A stretch of 32,000 nucleotides of DNA, from the sequence record KX258185.1; one strand, written 5' to 3'. Below are positions 5,310-16,800 of the stretch, one piece after another (position 1 is the first letter of the stretch; each line of letters opens with the position of its first letter). The position numbers were made by a program, and so were the translations under genes. The notes beneath the pieces were generated by a model. That model saw nothing but the letters and a program-made list of their open reading frames with translations. It had not been told where the DNA came from and ran no database searches. Source of the DNA: Klebsiella phage vB_KpnM_KpV477.

Positions 5310-5912
5310 TTACCTCATAGAAGGATGCATTCCCATGACCTTTTGCTGATACTGAGATTCACGAGTATCATTGACAGAAGGTCTACCAGTAATTATTATA
5401 CCATCTTTTTCAACTTCAATGTATTTGTACTGCAAAGTTGCTACACATACCATAGCAGGGTCAGATTCTTCAGTTAAAGAATACTCAATTTCCGACAAAT
5501 CACTTACCCACCCACCGATGTAGCGAATAGTTAATACGATTTCTTTCTTATCGTTATCAAGCACATGCATTAAAACTGCGCCAGGAAATCCTTCACCGCC
5601 ATTATTCCATCCAGACTTTCCTCGGTCAATGTAATTCTGACAGCTTAACATCCATTTGTACATCTGTACCCATGAATCAAGGTTTTCGTCTACTAAAAAT
5701 CTAACAGGAACAGCGTCAAATTCAAAGGTAGACCCAGGCAATTTAGCACGGTGCATGCCTTGTGGAGAACCCACAGTATCGGTAGCAGGAATATGAACTC
5801 CGGGAACTACCGCCGTTTGAAGATTAGCCTTAAAGGCCTGAGTGAGGCCCCCATCGGGGACCTCTAGTATAAAGTTAGTTGTGTTAGTTTGATTAAACAA
5901 GCCAGTAGACAT
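5310..5912 (-). CDS. 3: Tail completion/sheath terminator gp3 (start at [10 protein letters not shown])
   Basis: gp3-like sequence TNFILEVPDGGLTQAFKANLQTAVVPGVHIP; start revised from 5996. Confidence 0.85.
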   Translation of the reverse strand: MSTGLFNQTNTTNFILEVPDGGLTQAFKANLQTAVVPGVHIPATDTVGSPQGMHRAKLPGSTFEFDAVPVRFLVDENLDSWVQMYKWMLSCQNYIDRGKSGWNNGGEGFPGAVLMHVLDNDKKEIVLTIRYIGGWVSDLSEIEYSLTEESDPAMVCVATLQYKYIEVEKDGIIITGRPSVNDTRESQYQQKVMGMHPSMR

Positions 5913-6751
5913 TATGATTTCCATACAGAAGTAGCAGAATAACGTTTGCCTTTCGACATGAACTGCTGCAGTGGTAACATGACTACATTCGCCCAATCAG
6001 CCGGTTTTATCTCAATTAAAGCACCCTTTATATTACCAGGAATATACGCTTTAATCATTTTATCAGCACCAGCAAATCCTTTAACTTGGCTCCAGTTTAT
6101 CTTTAACCTGGTCTTATTAGATATCACTGGCGTATTAGCATACTGTTTCAGAAGTTCTTCTAAAAACTGCTGACGAGCCTTTGGCGGAATGTAGTGAAGG
6201 TTTAACCCATACATCAGTGTGGTTGTACCTTGCTTTCCTAGACCGAGATAAACTATCAAAGGAAATTTATCCCAGAATGGAAGAGTGTCTTTGTGTTTAG
6301 CATCATACATGTAAGCATATAGCTTTCCAGGTTGAGGCTTGGTTACAGAATGACCTCTGATGTTTTTCTTCATGGTTTCAGCGAACCATTTTGCAGATTT
6401 ATTGTTTACTGCTGCGCCTTCATTACGAATTTTATCTTTGATAGAGCTTCGAAATGAATTTACCATCACAAGAGCACGCTCTTGTTTGGTCATTTTGTTA
6501 GCAGGTTTTTTCTCAATTTCTGCTACTTTAATTGCCGTTTTAATTCTTGATGCATGACGAGCCATAGCTTTACTGAACGTAGCAGGATTTATTCCTTTAC
6601 TTTCAGCAAATGATTTTGATGTCATGCCTTTTTTACGAGCAGCAGAGTATTCAACTCCTAATGCTACCCATTGATTTTCACTACGGGATTTAGCTTTAGG
6701 CGATTCTGCAGCTTCAGTGATAAATTCAAATATAGCCATCAGCCTTTCCAT
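5912..6751 (-). CDS. 2: DNA end protector gp2 (likely start at MAIFEF, 6739)
   Basis: Sequence [40 protein letters not shown] and synteny. Confidence 0.88.
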   Translation of the reverse strand: MERLMAIFEFITEAAESPKAKSRSENQWVALGVEYSAARKKGMTSKSFAESKGINPATFSKAMARHASRIKTAIKVAEIEKKPANKMTKQERALVMVNSFRSSIKDKIRNEGAAVNNKSAKWFAETMKKNIRGHSVTKPQPGKLYAYMYDAKHKDTLPFWDKFPLIVYLGLGKQGTTTLMYGLNLHYIPPKARQQFLEELLKQYANTPVISNKTRLKINWSQVKGFAGADKMIKAYIPGNIKGALIEIKPADWANVVMLPLQQFMSKGKRYSATSVWKS

Positions 6752-7188
6752 CCTAATTTTTTAAGTGAATCTTCAGTAATTAACCTAAATTCTATACCCA
6801 TTTTACTGGCAGTAGCTTGAGCTGCTTTCCACTTATCAACGTTTACAGACCATGTGTAAACTTCATCAATGTACCGTTTCTTTGCTGAAGTTGTTAGCTT
6901 TGTGGGTTTAGCTGGTGGCCGGGTTTCTTTCTTCGGCTTAACTTCAAAAAAGAACTGTTGACCATTAGAAAACTTAGCCCAGAAATCCATGAAATACCGG
7001 CGTTTCTTTCCATCTGCATTACTAAAGTATGGAATGACTACCTCCTCCGAATTCCATTGAACTACATCAGGATGGTTATCTAACCATCTCATCATGAAAC
7101 TGCTCCCAAGTAGATCGGTACGTGATCTTACGAGGGTCCCCTTATATTTTGCTAAGTTAGTTGGTAAAAATTTTCCGCTATAAGCCAT
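6739..7188 (-). CDS. 4: Head completion protein gp4
   Basis: [18 protein letters not shown]..., nuclease-like fold, synteny. Confidence 0.88.
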   Translation of the reverse strand: MAYSGKFLPTNLAKYKGTLVRSRTDLLGSSFMMRWLDNHPDVVQWNSEEVVIPYFSNADGKKRRYFMDFWAKFSNGQQFFFEVKPKKETRPPAKPTKLTTSAKKRYIDEVYTWSVNVDKWKAAQATASKMGIEFRLITEDSLKKLGWKG

Positions 7189-7873
7189 TTTTGTATACCT
7201 TGCAATTAGTTCCGTGCCATCTCTTGAAATTTGCTGAATCCACTTCTTTAGAACAATGAGGACACGTCAATTTTGGTGCATTTTTGCGCTTTTCAGATAA
7301 TTTGTTTCTGACTGATTGGGTAATTCCTGCCTTTATTTTATCGGCATGACCTGTCCAATCACGATTTTTCTGTGAAATACTGATATTATGCTTCCATTCA
7401 TCAGTTATTTCACGTTTAGACAGATTTTCTCTATGTTTAGACGTAAAAATCCGTCCTTTTAAACTTTTAGATAAGTTTTCTTTATGCTCATCAGTAAATG
7501 AAACCCCAAGACGTTTTCCTTTTAAAGAATTTGATATATTTTTCTTGGTTGTATCTGACCGTTTCATTCCAGTATGCAATTTAGCAGAAGCTATTACTGC
7601 TTTTCTTCTAATCCAACCAAATTGTTTATTCGTTTTATTGCATGAACCCATTAAAATCTTAAGAGCTAAAGCTAGTTTAATCTCGTCTGGATAAATTTTT
7701 ACCAGTAGTTGATGCGCAACAAAATGTTCTTCTGCTGTTAAATCAACCAAGTTTTCCATTTCATCCGTTCCGCCCATGCATCGAGGAACAATGTGATGAC
7801 GTTCTTTGTATCCAGAAAGAGTTCTTGATTTTCCTCTTTGTATCAAATCATCATAAATTTTCTTATAGTTCAT
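7178..7873 (-). CDS. HNH homing endonuclease (HEG1)
   Basis: ERHHIVPRCMGGTDEMENLVDLTAEEHFVAHQLL HNH core, NUMOD-like repeats, C-terminal CPHC...RWHGTNC. Confidence 0.88.
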   Translation of the reverse strand: MNYKKIYDDLIQRGKSRTLSGYKERHHIVPRCMGGTDEMENLVDLTAEEHFVAHQLLVKIYPDEIKLALALKILMGSCNKTNKQFGWIRRKAVIASAKLHTGMKRSDTTKKNISNSLKGKRLGVSFTDEHKENLSKSLKGRIFTSKHRENLSKREITDEWKHNISISQKNRDWTGHADKIKAGITQSVRNKLSEKRKNAPKLTCPHCSKEVDSANFKRWHGTNCKVYKNGL

Positions 7874-7936
7874 AGCAGTATCCTCTCAATTATATTTATT
7901 GCTATTTTATACTATAAAATCTTTGGAGTAAACAGG

Positions 7937-7944
7937 TATTTATA
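7937..7944 (-). promoter_or_regulatory. T4-type late promoter box, leftward
   Basis: TATAAATA on minus strand, half of palindrome TATTTATAAATA. Confidence 0.5.
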
Positions 7945-7948
7945 AATA
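7941..7948 (+). promoter_or_regulatory. T4-type late promoter box for gene 53
   Basis: TATAAATA upstream of gene 53. Confidence 0.7.
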
Positions 7949-7960
7949 AATTATATTTAA

Positions 7961-7968
7961 TATTTATA
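7961..7968 (-). promoter_or_regulatory. Second leftward late promoter box
   Basis: TATTTATA = TATAAATA on minus strand. Confidence 0.45.
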
Positions 7969-7980
7969 AGAGGATAAACT

Positions 7981-8619
7981 ATGCTCTTCTCATTTTTTAG
8001 TCCGATAGATTATTCTGCAAAGACCGTAAAAGGTGCTAAGGCAAAAGCTATCCCAACCGCTGATATATTTCGCAACTACCGCAAATATTTTGACACTGTG
8101 GCAGAAAACTATCTTTTACAAACATATTACATAAGTGGAGCTCCTAGACCAGAAGAATTAGCATATATTCTTTATGGAAATAGTCAGCTGTACTGGATTC
8201 TTTTAATGTGTAATAATGTATATGACCCATTCAGAGATTGGATTAAAACCCAAGATGCATGCTATCAATTTGCGCAGCAAAAATATGCAGATGTAGGTGG
8301 AGACCAAATACTCTATCACGTGGATGCGTATGGCAATCGCTATTACAATCTCGAGCAATATCCTGAAAATTCAGGTGTTTGGTATGATAAAGGGGACTTT
8401 AATCATCAGTATCCTCAATATACTGGTGCTTTGGCTGGTGTTGACATTTATGAAGATTCTATTATAGAAAATGAAAAACTGCGCCAAATAAACATTATCA
8501 ATCCTAGTGATATTGAGGCATTTCTTTCTGATATTATACGAGAAATGGAAAAAGCACCTGACAGCGAATACGAATCAGGCCGATACAAATCCCAGACTAC
8601 CATCGGAGAAGTTTTATGA
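7981..8619 (+). CDS. 53: Baseplate wedge gp53
   Basis: MLFSFFSPIDYSAKTVKGAKAKAIPTADIFRNYRKYFDTV, synteny. Confidence 0.88.
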   Translation: MLFSFFSPIDYSAKTVKGAKAKAIPTADIFRNYRKYFDTVAENYLLQTYYISGAPRPEELAYILYGNSQLYWILLMCNNVYDPFRDWIKTQDACYQFAQQKYADVGGDQILYHVDAYGNRYYNLEQYPENSGVWYDKGDFNHQYPQYTGALAGVDIYEDSIIENEKLRQINIINPSDIEAFLSDIIREMEKAPDSEYESGRYKSQTTIGEVL

Positions 8620-10346
8620 TTGAAATGAACGATTCATTAAAATGGTTTACTGGTGTTGTTGAAGACAGACAAGACCCGTTAAAGCAAGGAAGAGTGCGAG
8701 TACGCGTTTACGGGCTTCATCCGTTTGAAAAGGTGCAAGGAGCTATAACCGGTCTTCCTACCGAAGACCTTCCCTGGATGTCAGTGATTCAGCCTACAAA
8801 CTCAGCTGGAATTTCCGGAGTTGGCTCGTCTATAACTGGAATGGTGGAAGGAACATCTGTATTTGGATTATGGCTTGATGAATTCAAAACAGCAGGATTA
8901 GTAATAGGAACATATTCTGCGCACAGAAAAACTAAGCCAAACTACACGGAAGGTTTTTCTGACCCCACAGGTCAATATCCTAGACAGGTTGGGTCAGATA
9001 CTAACCCATTAGTTCAAGGCGATGAAACTGGGTATAGTGCTATACCAAACATCATCCAAGATAGAAACTTGGATATTGGCATTAATCCTGACGATGCTGA
9101 CCTAAGCGATATTCCCGAAGACCCAAATCCTGCAATTACAATAACAGATATGCTTAATAGGGATGAAGGTCTTAGATTGAAAGTCTATTGGGATACGGAA
9201 GGATATCCTACTGTAGGTATTGGACACCTTATCATGGCACAAAAAGTACGTGATATGTCTGTCATTAATAAAACTTTATCTAATCAGGTTGGTCGTACTG
9301 TTACAGGAAATCCTGGTATCATTACAATGGACGAAGCTGTCGCGTTATTTAAACAAGACCGCGATAAAATGCTTTCTGATATTAAAACGAATTCACGTGT
9401 AGGACCGGTATATGCTAAAGTCAACAAATCAAGGCAAATGGCTTTAGAAAATATGAGTTTTCAAATGGGCGTAGGTGGATTAGCAAAATTTGGTAAAATG
9501 CTTGATGCCATGCTCATTGGTGATTGGAAAACAGCCTATACTGAAGCAAGAAACTCTGTTTGGTTTAATCAGACAAAAGGTCGTGCTTCTCGTGTTTCCA
9601 TGATTATTCTAACGGGTAATATGGAATCATATGGAGTTCCTGCTCCAAAGCCTGAAGGAAAAACACTGTCTGCGGCTTACGTAGAACCGAAGTCTGGTGG
9701 TAATCCTGAAGACCCGTGGACTCCAGAAGATTCAAGAATTCTTTTTAAAGAGCCCGAATCTTCATATAACGGTCAATATCCGTATGTTCATACGATGGAA
9801 ACAGAATCAGGTCACATCCAAGAATTTGATGATACACCTGGCTATGAACGCTATCGTATTGTTCATCCAACCGGTTCATATGAAGAAGTTGCTCCTGATG
9901 GACGTCGTACCAGAAAAACTGTAGCCGATTTATATGACATGACTCAGGGTGATGGAAATATTTTAATCTCTGGGGATAAGAAGGTTAACGTTGGAGGGAA
10001 CGAGACCTATTATAACATGTATAATCGTCGACAGCAAATTGATGGCGATAACACGCTTTATGTACGTGGAAATGAAACTAAAACGATTGAAGGCGATGGC
10101 ACTATTTTTGTCAAGGGCAATATCAAGATAGTTGTCGAAGGAAATGCTGATATCCAAGTCAATGGTGATGCCACTACTAAAGTAGATGGCAACCACGACG
10201 TGACCGTCGGTGGTAATTTAACTTGGCAAGTAGCAGGTACTGTAAATTGGAATGTTGGTGGGGCTTGGACTGAAACAATGGCTTCTATGAGCTCAATCGC
10301 CCAAGGCCAATACACTGTTGATGGTTCACGAATTGATGTAGGTTAA
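8616..10346 (+). CDS. 5: Baseplate hub/tail lysozyme gp5
   Basis: T4-lysozyme motif NRDEGLRLKVYWDTEGYPTVGIGHLI; N-terminal OB region; C-terminal repetitive VxGNxxxxVxG beta-helix. Confidence 0.95.
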   Translation: MIEMNDSLKWFTGVVEDRQDPLKQGRVRVRVYGLHPFEKVQGAITGLPTEDLPWMSVIQPTNSAGISGVGSSITGMVEGTSVFGLWLDEFKTAGLVIGTYSAHRKTKPNYTEGFSDPTGQYPRQVGSDTNPLVQGDETGYSAIPNIIQDRNLDIGINPDDADLSDIPEDPNPAITITDMLNRDEGLRLKVYWDTEGYPTVGIGHLIMAQKVRDMSVINKTLSNQVGRTVTGNPGIITMDEAVALFKQDRDKMLSDIKTNSRVGPVYAKVNKSRQMALENMSFQMGVGGLAKFGKMLDAMLIGDWKTAYTEARNSVWFNQTKGRASRVSMIILTGNMESYGVPAPKPEGKTLSAAYVEPKSGGNPEDPWTPEDSRILFKEPESSYNGQYPYVHTMETESGHIQEFDDTPGYERYRIVHPTGSYEEVAPDGRRTRKTVADLYDMTQGDGNILISGDKKVNVGGNETYYNMYNRRQQIDGDNTLYVRGNETKTIEGDGTIFVKGNIKIVVEGNADIQVNGDATTKVDGNHDVTVGGNLTWQVAGTVNWNVGGAWTETMASMSSIAQGQYTVDGSRIDVG

Positions 10347-10348
10347 TC

Positions 10349-10852
10349 ATGGCTGATATACTTCCAATTAATACAACGTTACGTGAAGTAATAGAAGGTG
10401 AATATGTTGAGCAGTACTTTACTGCTCAATTATCTACTAACGAAACATTAAAATCAATAAATATTATCGACTATCAACCAGTATCTGATATCTCTGTGTC
10501 TGAAACCCATTATAAAGGTAATTATAACTCAGTTTTTACTTTTGGAAATGATGTGCTTAAATACCGTGAAGGCGATGAGCTAAAGTCCGCTTCAGCGTGG
10601 GAAGATTTACCTAATCCCAAAACTGCTGATTTGTATCTGTGGAAAGCCCCCAGAACACTAGAGAAGACATTTACCTATACAGTTGAGATAATATATACAG
10701 TGACAGAAGAATCGTCTGGAGGTTCATCCGGAGGTTCTAGCGCTCCAATCATAACAGAACATAAAAAGCAAAAGATTTACTCTCAAACAGTTAAAGGCAA
10801 CTGGAGTAGATGGGGCGACCAGCTTCGTGCTTATGTATATGCGGGGAACTAA
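10349..10852 (+). CDS. Conserved T4-like protein between genes 5 and 5.4 (5.1-like)
   Basis: Position and length. Confidence 0.6.
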   Translation: MADILPINTTLREVIEGEYVEQYFTAQLSTNETLKSINIIDYQPVSDISVSETHYKGNYNSVFTFGNDVLKYREGDELKSASAWEDLPNPKTADLYLWKAPRTLEKTFTYTVEIIYTVTEESSGGSSGGSSAPIITEHKKQKIYSQTVKGNWSRWGDQLRAYVYAGN

Positions 10853-11146
10853 ATGGCTGGACTATCATTTAATAAATGCTTAACTGCCGGGCATAGTGCG
10901 TATCCTCCGACAGAAGTAAATGCTACACAAAGTAAAGTATTCACTGGTGGAATAGCGGTATTAGTTGATGGCGACTCAATTACCCCACACACCAAGACGG
11001 TTGACCCTCATGATACGCATGGAGGAGTTGTTCAACCTCGCACATCCAAGGTATTTGTAACAGGCAAAAAAGCTGTTCAAATGGCCGATCCAATTTCTTG
11101 TGGCGACACTGTCGCGCAATCAAGCTCAAAGGTATTCATACACTAA
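10853..11146 (+). CDS. 5.4: PAAR-repeat spike-tip protein gp5.4
   Basis: 97 aa; [21 protein letters not shown]..., PAAR-like periodicity. Confidence 0.85.
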   Translation: MAGLSFNKCLTAGHSAYPPTEVNATQSKVFTGGIAVLVDGDSITPHTKTVDPHDTHGGVVQPRTSKVFVTGKKAVQMADPISCGDTVAQSSSKVFIH

Positions 11147-13104
11147 TGGCTATTAAAGAACCTTTAAATTATCAGTTAACACGTACTGTAAACGCTATCC
11201 CAGACACATTTACTGGAGCAACATTCGATGAAATTAAAAATCAGCTTATTAACTGGCTTAGCGGACAAAAAGAGTTTCAGGACTTTGATTTTGCTGGTTC
11301 GCGTTTAAACGTGCTATTAGACTTATTAGCATATAACACTCTTTACATACAGCAATTTAGTAATACTGCTTTATACGAAAGCTTTATTGGAACAGCTAAC
11401 TTGAGAAGTTCCGTTGTTCAAGCAGCTCAGCAAAACGGGTATTTGCCAAGTTCCAAATCAGCGGCTACTGCGTCTATTATGCTTGAGGTAACTCACATGA
11501 ACCCGAGCAGCACGCTGAGAGTTGTAATTCCACGAGGAACTAAATTTTTAGCATACTCAAAATCCGATAAAGCCAACCCATATAACTTCGTTGTTACTGA
11601 AAACGTTGTGGCTATTCGTGATAATGACCAAAAATATTGGCCTATTGTCAATTTGGCACAGGGACGTATTATTCGTACTCAGTTGTCATATGACCCGAAG
11701 AAACCTATTGTTATTCGCGACCAATCAATTGACCGCAAGCAGGTTAAGCTGTGGGTGGATGGCGCTGAATGGACTAACTGGACAGACCGATCAATGGTTC
11801 ATGCTTCGTCTATTTCAACGATTTATTATATGCGTGAAACCGTCGATGGAAATACAGAATTCTTCTTTGGTGAAGGTGTGGCAGAAGCATCTGTGGCAGG
11901 AGGAGTTCTTGAAAGCAACTTCATTGGTGGATTAAAACCCACTAAAGGCGCGCAAGTCGTTATTGAATATATTCGTACTGACGGTGAAGCTGCTAACGGC
12001 GCGACTGAATTTAGTTATGCGGATACTCTGCAATATATCGTAGTAAATAGAATCATTGAAAACTGGTCAGATTCTCCTGATTATGTTGGCGCTGATGGCG
12101 GTGGTGAACCTGAAGACATCGAGCGTATTCGTGAGCTCGCCCAGATTAAGCGCGAATCTCAAATGCGTTGCGTGTCTAAAACTGACTATGAATCATTCGT
12201 TAGTTCACGCTTTGGTTCTATCGTACAAGCAGTACAATGCTTTACTGATCAGGACAAACCCGGATATGCATTTATCGCAATTAAACCAAAATCTGGGTTG
12301 CAGTTAACTGCGGTTCAACGAGAAGACATTCAGGATTATCTAAAACCTTTCTGTCTTGCTCCGATTACTCCTTCGGTAATGAGCCCAGATTACTTATTCA
12401 TTCGTCATAATATTAAAGCTTCTTATGCATTGAATAAGTTGCAAGAATCAGAGCAGTGGTTACAGTCAAAAATTATAGACTCGATTAATAGATATTACGT
12501 TGATGAAGTTGAAATGTTCAACAAAAATTTCAGTAAATCTAAGTTGTTGACTTACATTGATGACACTGACCACTCAATCATCGGTTCTTCTGTGGATATT
12601 CAGATGGTTCGTGAAATTGTCAACTATTTCACTCTTCCTAGCGCAGGTATTAAATACTATAATACTATTACTCCGCGGACGTTACGTTCTGGTGATTTGG
12701 TCTTTACTGTTACCCCAACTGCTGAACCGTATTCAGTTAATATCGTTGGAACTGACCCAGATAAAAATGGCAAAGGAAATATGGTTATTGGACCATTTAA
12801 GCCAGGTGACATTAAAGAGAATACTCATATCCAGCCATATACTGAAAACGATTTTGATAGAACTACCGTCGGCGAAAGAACTCGCTGGTATAAAATCGGT
12901 GAAGTAGATTATTACGGCGATAACATTTACTGGAGCCTTGGAGCTATTGGAGCCGATCCTCTTCAGTTTGAAGACCAAAGTATTGAGCTTTATTCTACTC
13001 CTACTCAGGATATCGTCTTCGCCCGCGATGGAACACTTATCGTATTTGAGAATGACCTTCGTCCTCAATACACAACTATTAAATTGGAGCCTATTACAGC
13101 TTAA
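11146..13104 (+). CDS. 6: Baseplate wedge gp6 (start at [10 protein letters not shown])
   Basis: gp6-like sequence; TAATG overlap with 5.4. Confidence 0.92.
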   Translation: MAIKEPLNYQLTRTVNAIPDTFTGATFDEIKNQLINWLSGQKEFQDFDFAGSRLNVLLDLLAYNTLYIQQFSNTALYESFIGTANLRSSVVQAAQQNGYLPSSKSAATASIMLEVTHMNPSSTLRVVIPRGTKFLAYSKSDKANPYNFVVTENVVAIRDNDQKYWPIVNLAQGRIIRTQLSYDPKKPIVIRDQSIDRKQVKLWVDGAEWTNWTDRSMVHASSISTIYYMRETVDGNTEFFFGEGVAEASVAGGVLESNFIGGLKPTKGAQVVIEYIRTDGEAANGATEFSYADTLQYIVVNRIIENWSDSPDYVGADGGGEPEDIERIRELAQIKRESQMRCVSKTDYESFVSSRFGSIVQAVQCFTDQDKPGYAFIAIKPKSGLQLTAVQREDIQDYLKPFCLAPITPSVMSPDYLFIRHNIKASYALNKLQESEQWLQSKIIDSINRYYVDEVEMFNKNFSKSKLLTYIDDTDHSIIGSSVDIQMVREIVNYFTLPSAGIKYYNTITPRTLRSGDLVFTVTPTAEPYSVNIVGTDPDKNGKGNMVIGPFKPGDIKENTHIQPYTENDFDRTTVGERTRWYKIGEVDYYGDNIYWSLGAIGADPLQFEDQSIELYSTPTQDIVFARDGTLIVFENDLRPQYTTIKLEPITA

Positions 13105-13805
13105 TGAAGTATAATGAAATTTATGATAGTTTAATTAAAAGAGGCCTCGAAAGAGGCCTTAATAAAAAGAAGCTTGATTATCATACAGAAAAACACCACA
13201 TTATTCCTAAGTGTATGGGAGGAGTTAATAATAATTCTAACTATGTATTGCTAACTCCCAGAGAACATTTTGTAGCTCATCAATTGTTAGTAAAAATATA
13301 TAAAGATACTAAGTATTTCTATAAGTTAGTTAGAGCTCTCAACGCGATGTCAATGTTTAATGATAAATATTCTAGACCCAACGCTAAAGAATATGAATGG
13401 GTACGAACTTTATGTTATAATGCTAATAAATTGACTAATGCAGGAAGAAAGCATAAACCTGAAACTCTGCGTCTGTTCTCGGAGCAACGTACAGGTGCTA
13501 ATAACCCAATGTATGGAAGAAAGGGCGAATTGTCTCCATCATTTGGTAAAAAGAGGAGTAAAGAATCTAATGATAAGATATGGTTAAATCGAAACAGAAA
13601 TATTAGTCAGAAAGCAAAATATAATATTTCAAAGGGGAAACGAACATCTCCTATATGGAAAGAACCTATGTATAATGAATTGTTCAATTTATACGTAAGT
13701 AATCCGGTAGGAGGATGCGCGTTTAGAACTAAAGCCATGTCTTTAGGATATCCTAATACTTCATATCACAGACTAGTACAAGAATTTAAGGAAATTACTC
13801 AATGA
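13104..13805 (+). CDS. HNH homing endonuclease (HEG2) between genes 6 and 7
   Basis: EKHHIIPKCMGGVNNNSNYVLLTPREHFVAHQLLVKIY; NUMOD-like NPMYGRKGELSPSFGKKRS; paralog of HEG1. Confidence 0.88.
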   Translation: MKYNEIYDSLIKRGLERGLNKKKLDYHTEKHHIIPKCMGGVNNNSNYVLLTPREHFVAHQLLVKIYKDTKYFYKLVRALNAMSMFNDKYSRPNAKEYEWVRTLCYNANKLTNAGRKHKPETLRLFSEQRTGANNPMYGRKGELSPSFGKKRSKESNDKIWLNRNRNISQKAKYNISKGKRTSPIWKEPMYNELFNLYVSNPVGGCAFRTKAMSLGYPNTSYHRLVQEFKEITQ

Positions 13806-16800
13806 CAATTGCACCGTTCGTCACCAGCTTACGAATTCATAAGCTATCTGCGAATCAGGTCAATATTCGTTGGGATGACGTTGGTGCAAACTTCTACTAT
13901 TTTGTAGAACTGGCCGAAACTCGAAATCAAGCGGGGGAAATCATCCCCGCTGATAATTTGAGTTGGTCTTCACTGGGTTATACCGCGGATAATGATTGGT
14001 TCGAGCAAAATCGTATTGAACCGCTTACCTATTATAAAATGCGTGTTCAAACTACGTCAGCAGGATTTGAACCGTCTGAATGGGTTGAAACAGAAGAGTT
14101 CCAAACTTTTGAAGAAAACGCGTACACGTTTGAGCATATGCAAGAATTCAGTTTAGTGAAAGAATTCATTAAGCAGAAGTTTTCTTTAAATAACATGTCG
14201 TATGTTAACTTCAACACATCTGCCATGATGGCATCTTTGATGACTGAGTCTTTTCAATTTAGTCCTGAATATTCTCATTTGTCAGCTATTGAAAACTTCG
14301 TAGTAGGTGAATCTGGATATCATGAAATTCAGGGACCTATTGAAGCAGTCTGTGTTGATAAAAATAGAACCATGCTAGGAGAAATAGACGGAATTTTGTA
14401 TCTGTTTGAAAGATTCCAACATATGGTTAAAGTATCAAACGATAAAGGACAGAACTGGCAATATGTTCAGTTATTTAATGACCGTGTAGGAAACCCTGTT
14501 TCACGGGTAGTCATTTATCAATCAAGTACCACATCGTATGTTTTAGGATATGATAAAATCTTTTACGGAAGAAAATCATCTGACGTACGCTGGTCATCAA
14601 ATGAGGTTAAATTTAGCGATAACGAAGTCACGTTCGCTAAATTGGGAGACCAGTTAAAATTGGGATTTGAAGTAGAGTTATTTGGTACATATGCATCACT
14701 ACCTGCTGATGTTACCAAATATGCAGAAGCTTTTACATGTAATGATGACCACTTATACGTAGTTGCAAAAGATACAGTACGCAGAGTTAAATTAAAAGAT
14801 GCTCCAATAGATACTGACCCTTTAAGCCCTACATTTGGTGAAAAGGTGTTCGAAAAAGAAGCATCTCATATAACAGGCAATCCTAAATCTGTATGCTTTA
14901 AAATGGATTCCGTTGGAGGCAAAATCTTTGCCCTTATTACAGGGGAAGTTAAAACCTTAGGATTAGACCCAACAGACCCAAGGAACGTTGTTGATTCTGC
15001 AACTAAAGGCGTCTATGTTTATCAAGAAGGCACAAATACATGGAAACGTGTATTCGGTAATACAGATGAAGAAAAACGTCGTATAGAGCATTTATTGACA
15101 TCTATGTCAACTGACGGAAAGGAAATATTCTTTTCATCAGCTAATTTCAAAACAATAGAGTACGCTCAGGATACTGAACTTGAAGCAAAATACCCAGAAC
15201 TAATTTCTAGCGCAGTAAAAAACGTTAATCCAATTCAGTATCACTCTGATAAGCATTATCATATGATGAGTTTCAGGGCAGATGAATTTTCTGGTTGGGA
15301 AACATTTGTTCCTGGTCCTATGAGGTTTTATGCTGAACCTTGGTTTGTATGGATGGCTCGCGAGGGTAACAGATGTTGGATAAGTACAGCTGACCACGCA
15401 GTAGTCATTTATAATGATATTTTTTATCAGAAAAGAATAGACACGGCGGCACAAGGAACTACTGAACGTGTTCTTTCGGAGGTGTGGGATAAAGGTGACG
15501 CAACGTTTTATTGCCCTCCAGTTTCATTTAATGGATTTTTGCAGTATGCTTCTGGTATCATGTTTCACGAACCAGACGGAAAACTGATAGGCTATTACGC
15601 ATTTGATTATCGTGTTCGTGACCAGGTAACGCTTAACTGGAAACCAACTGATGTAATGTTTAAAGCGTTTCTGCAGAACCAAACCCGTGAAGAAGAATGG
15701 ACTCCTGAACATACTCCAGGCTTGCGTGACCCGGATTTACGTCCGTATCTTACTAAAATGATGCCGGATAGCTACTTATTACAAGATAGTAATTTTGAGC
15801 ACTTTTGTAAGTACTATCTCCAATTCCTTTCGGATGGAAATGGAACGCATTACAACAGTCTCGTTAATCTTGTTAAGAACAAATATCCTCGCGAAGAAAA
15901 TGCATGGGAATATCTGTGGTCAGAAGTTTATAAACGCAACATTTATCTGAGTAAAGACGCTCGTGACGCTGTCGTCCGTTTCTTTGAAGCACGCAAGAAT
16001 GATTTCTATGCTACCAAAGGAATTGAAGACTCATACAAGTTCTTGTTTAAACTTCTTTATAACGAAGATGTTGAAATTGACATCGAGTCAAAGAATACGA
16101 CAGAATACGACATTATTGTAGAGAGTACAAATATTTCTGACGATTTAGTTGGTCGTACGATTTATACTGCTTCCGGTCGTAGTAATGTGACTTATATCGA
16201 GAGAGAATATCAGGACGGTCGTCTGTTGTGGCGTATTACTATTCACAACTTATCAGGACGATTTATTGAAGGACAAGAAATTAAATCGGAACGTACTGAC
16301 TTCGAAGGTGTCATAATTCAAGGTGTCCGTGGAAAGGATATGTTGAGTAATAACATTGACTATATTAACCGTAGTCGTTCTTATTATGTTATGAAAATTA
16401 AATCTCAACTTCCTACTTCTCGGTTCCGTGATGATGTACTGAGATTTGTTCATCCGGTAGGTTTCGGTTTCATTGGTATAACGTTGTTGACAATGTTTAT
16501 CAATAGCGGTTTAAATATGAAGCATGTTGAGACTATCATAAATAAACTCAAGAACTATAAATGGGATGCAGGACTGCCATCAGTTTATCCTGATAGAGTT
16601 GCTATTATCGCTTCAGATGATACAATAGAAAGAGACCCAATAACTAATGAGCCTAGGTATTCTTCAAGGACTCAAGCTGGTGAACCTTTCCCGTTACCTG
16701 CTAACTATAATCAAGAAAATAACAATAGTGTTATCGCTGGACAAAACCCAGGACAACGACGTAAGCCGTTGAGCCCTACATTTGACCAATCAGCAGTAAC

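Noticed and set aside
12733-13068. 111-aa minus-strand ORF
   Set aside because: Lies within gp6 with no RBS or synteny support
8616-15712. Other short ORFs inside genes 5, 6 and 7 on either strand (e.g. 9220-9402, 9697-9924, 10058-10315, 11591-11935, 12056-12307, 12557-12907, 15200-15454)
   Set aside because: They overlap strongly supported structural genes in other frames; no independent evidence
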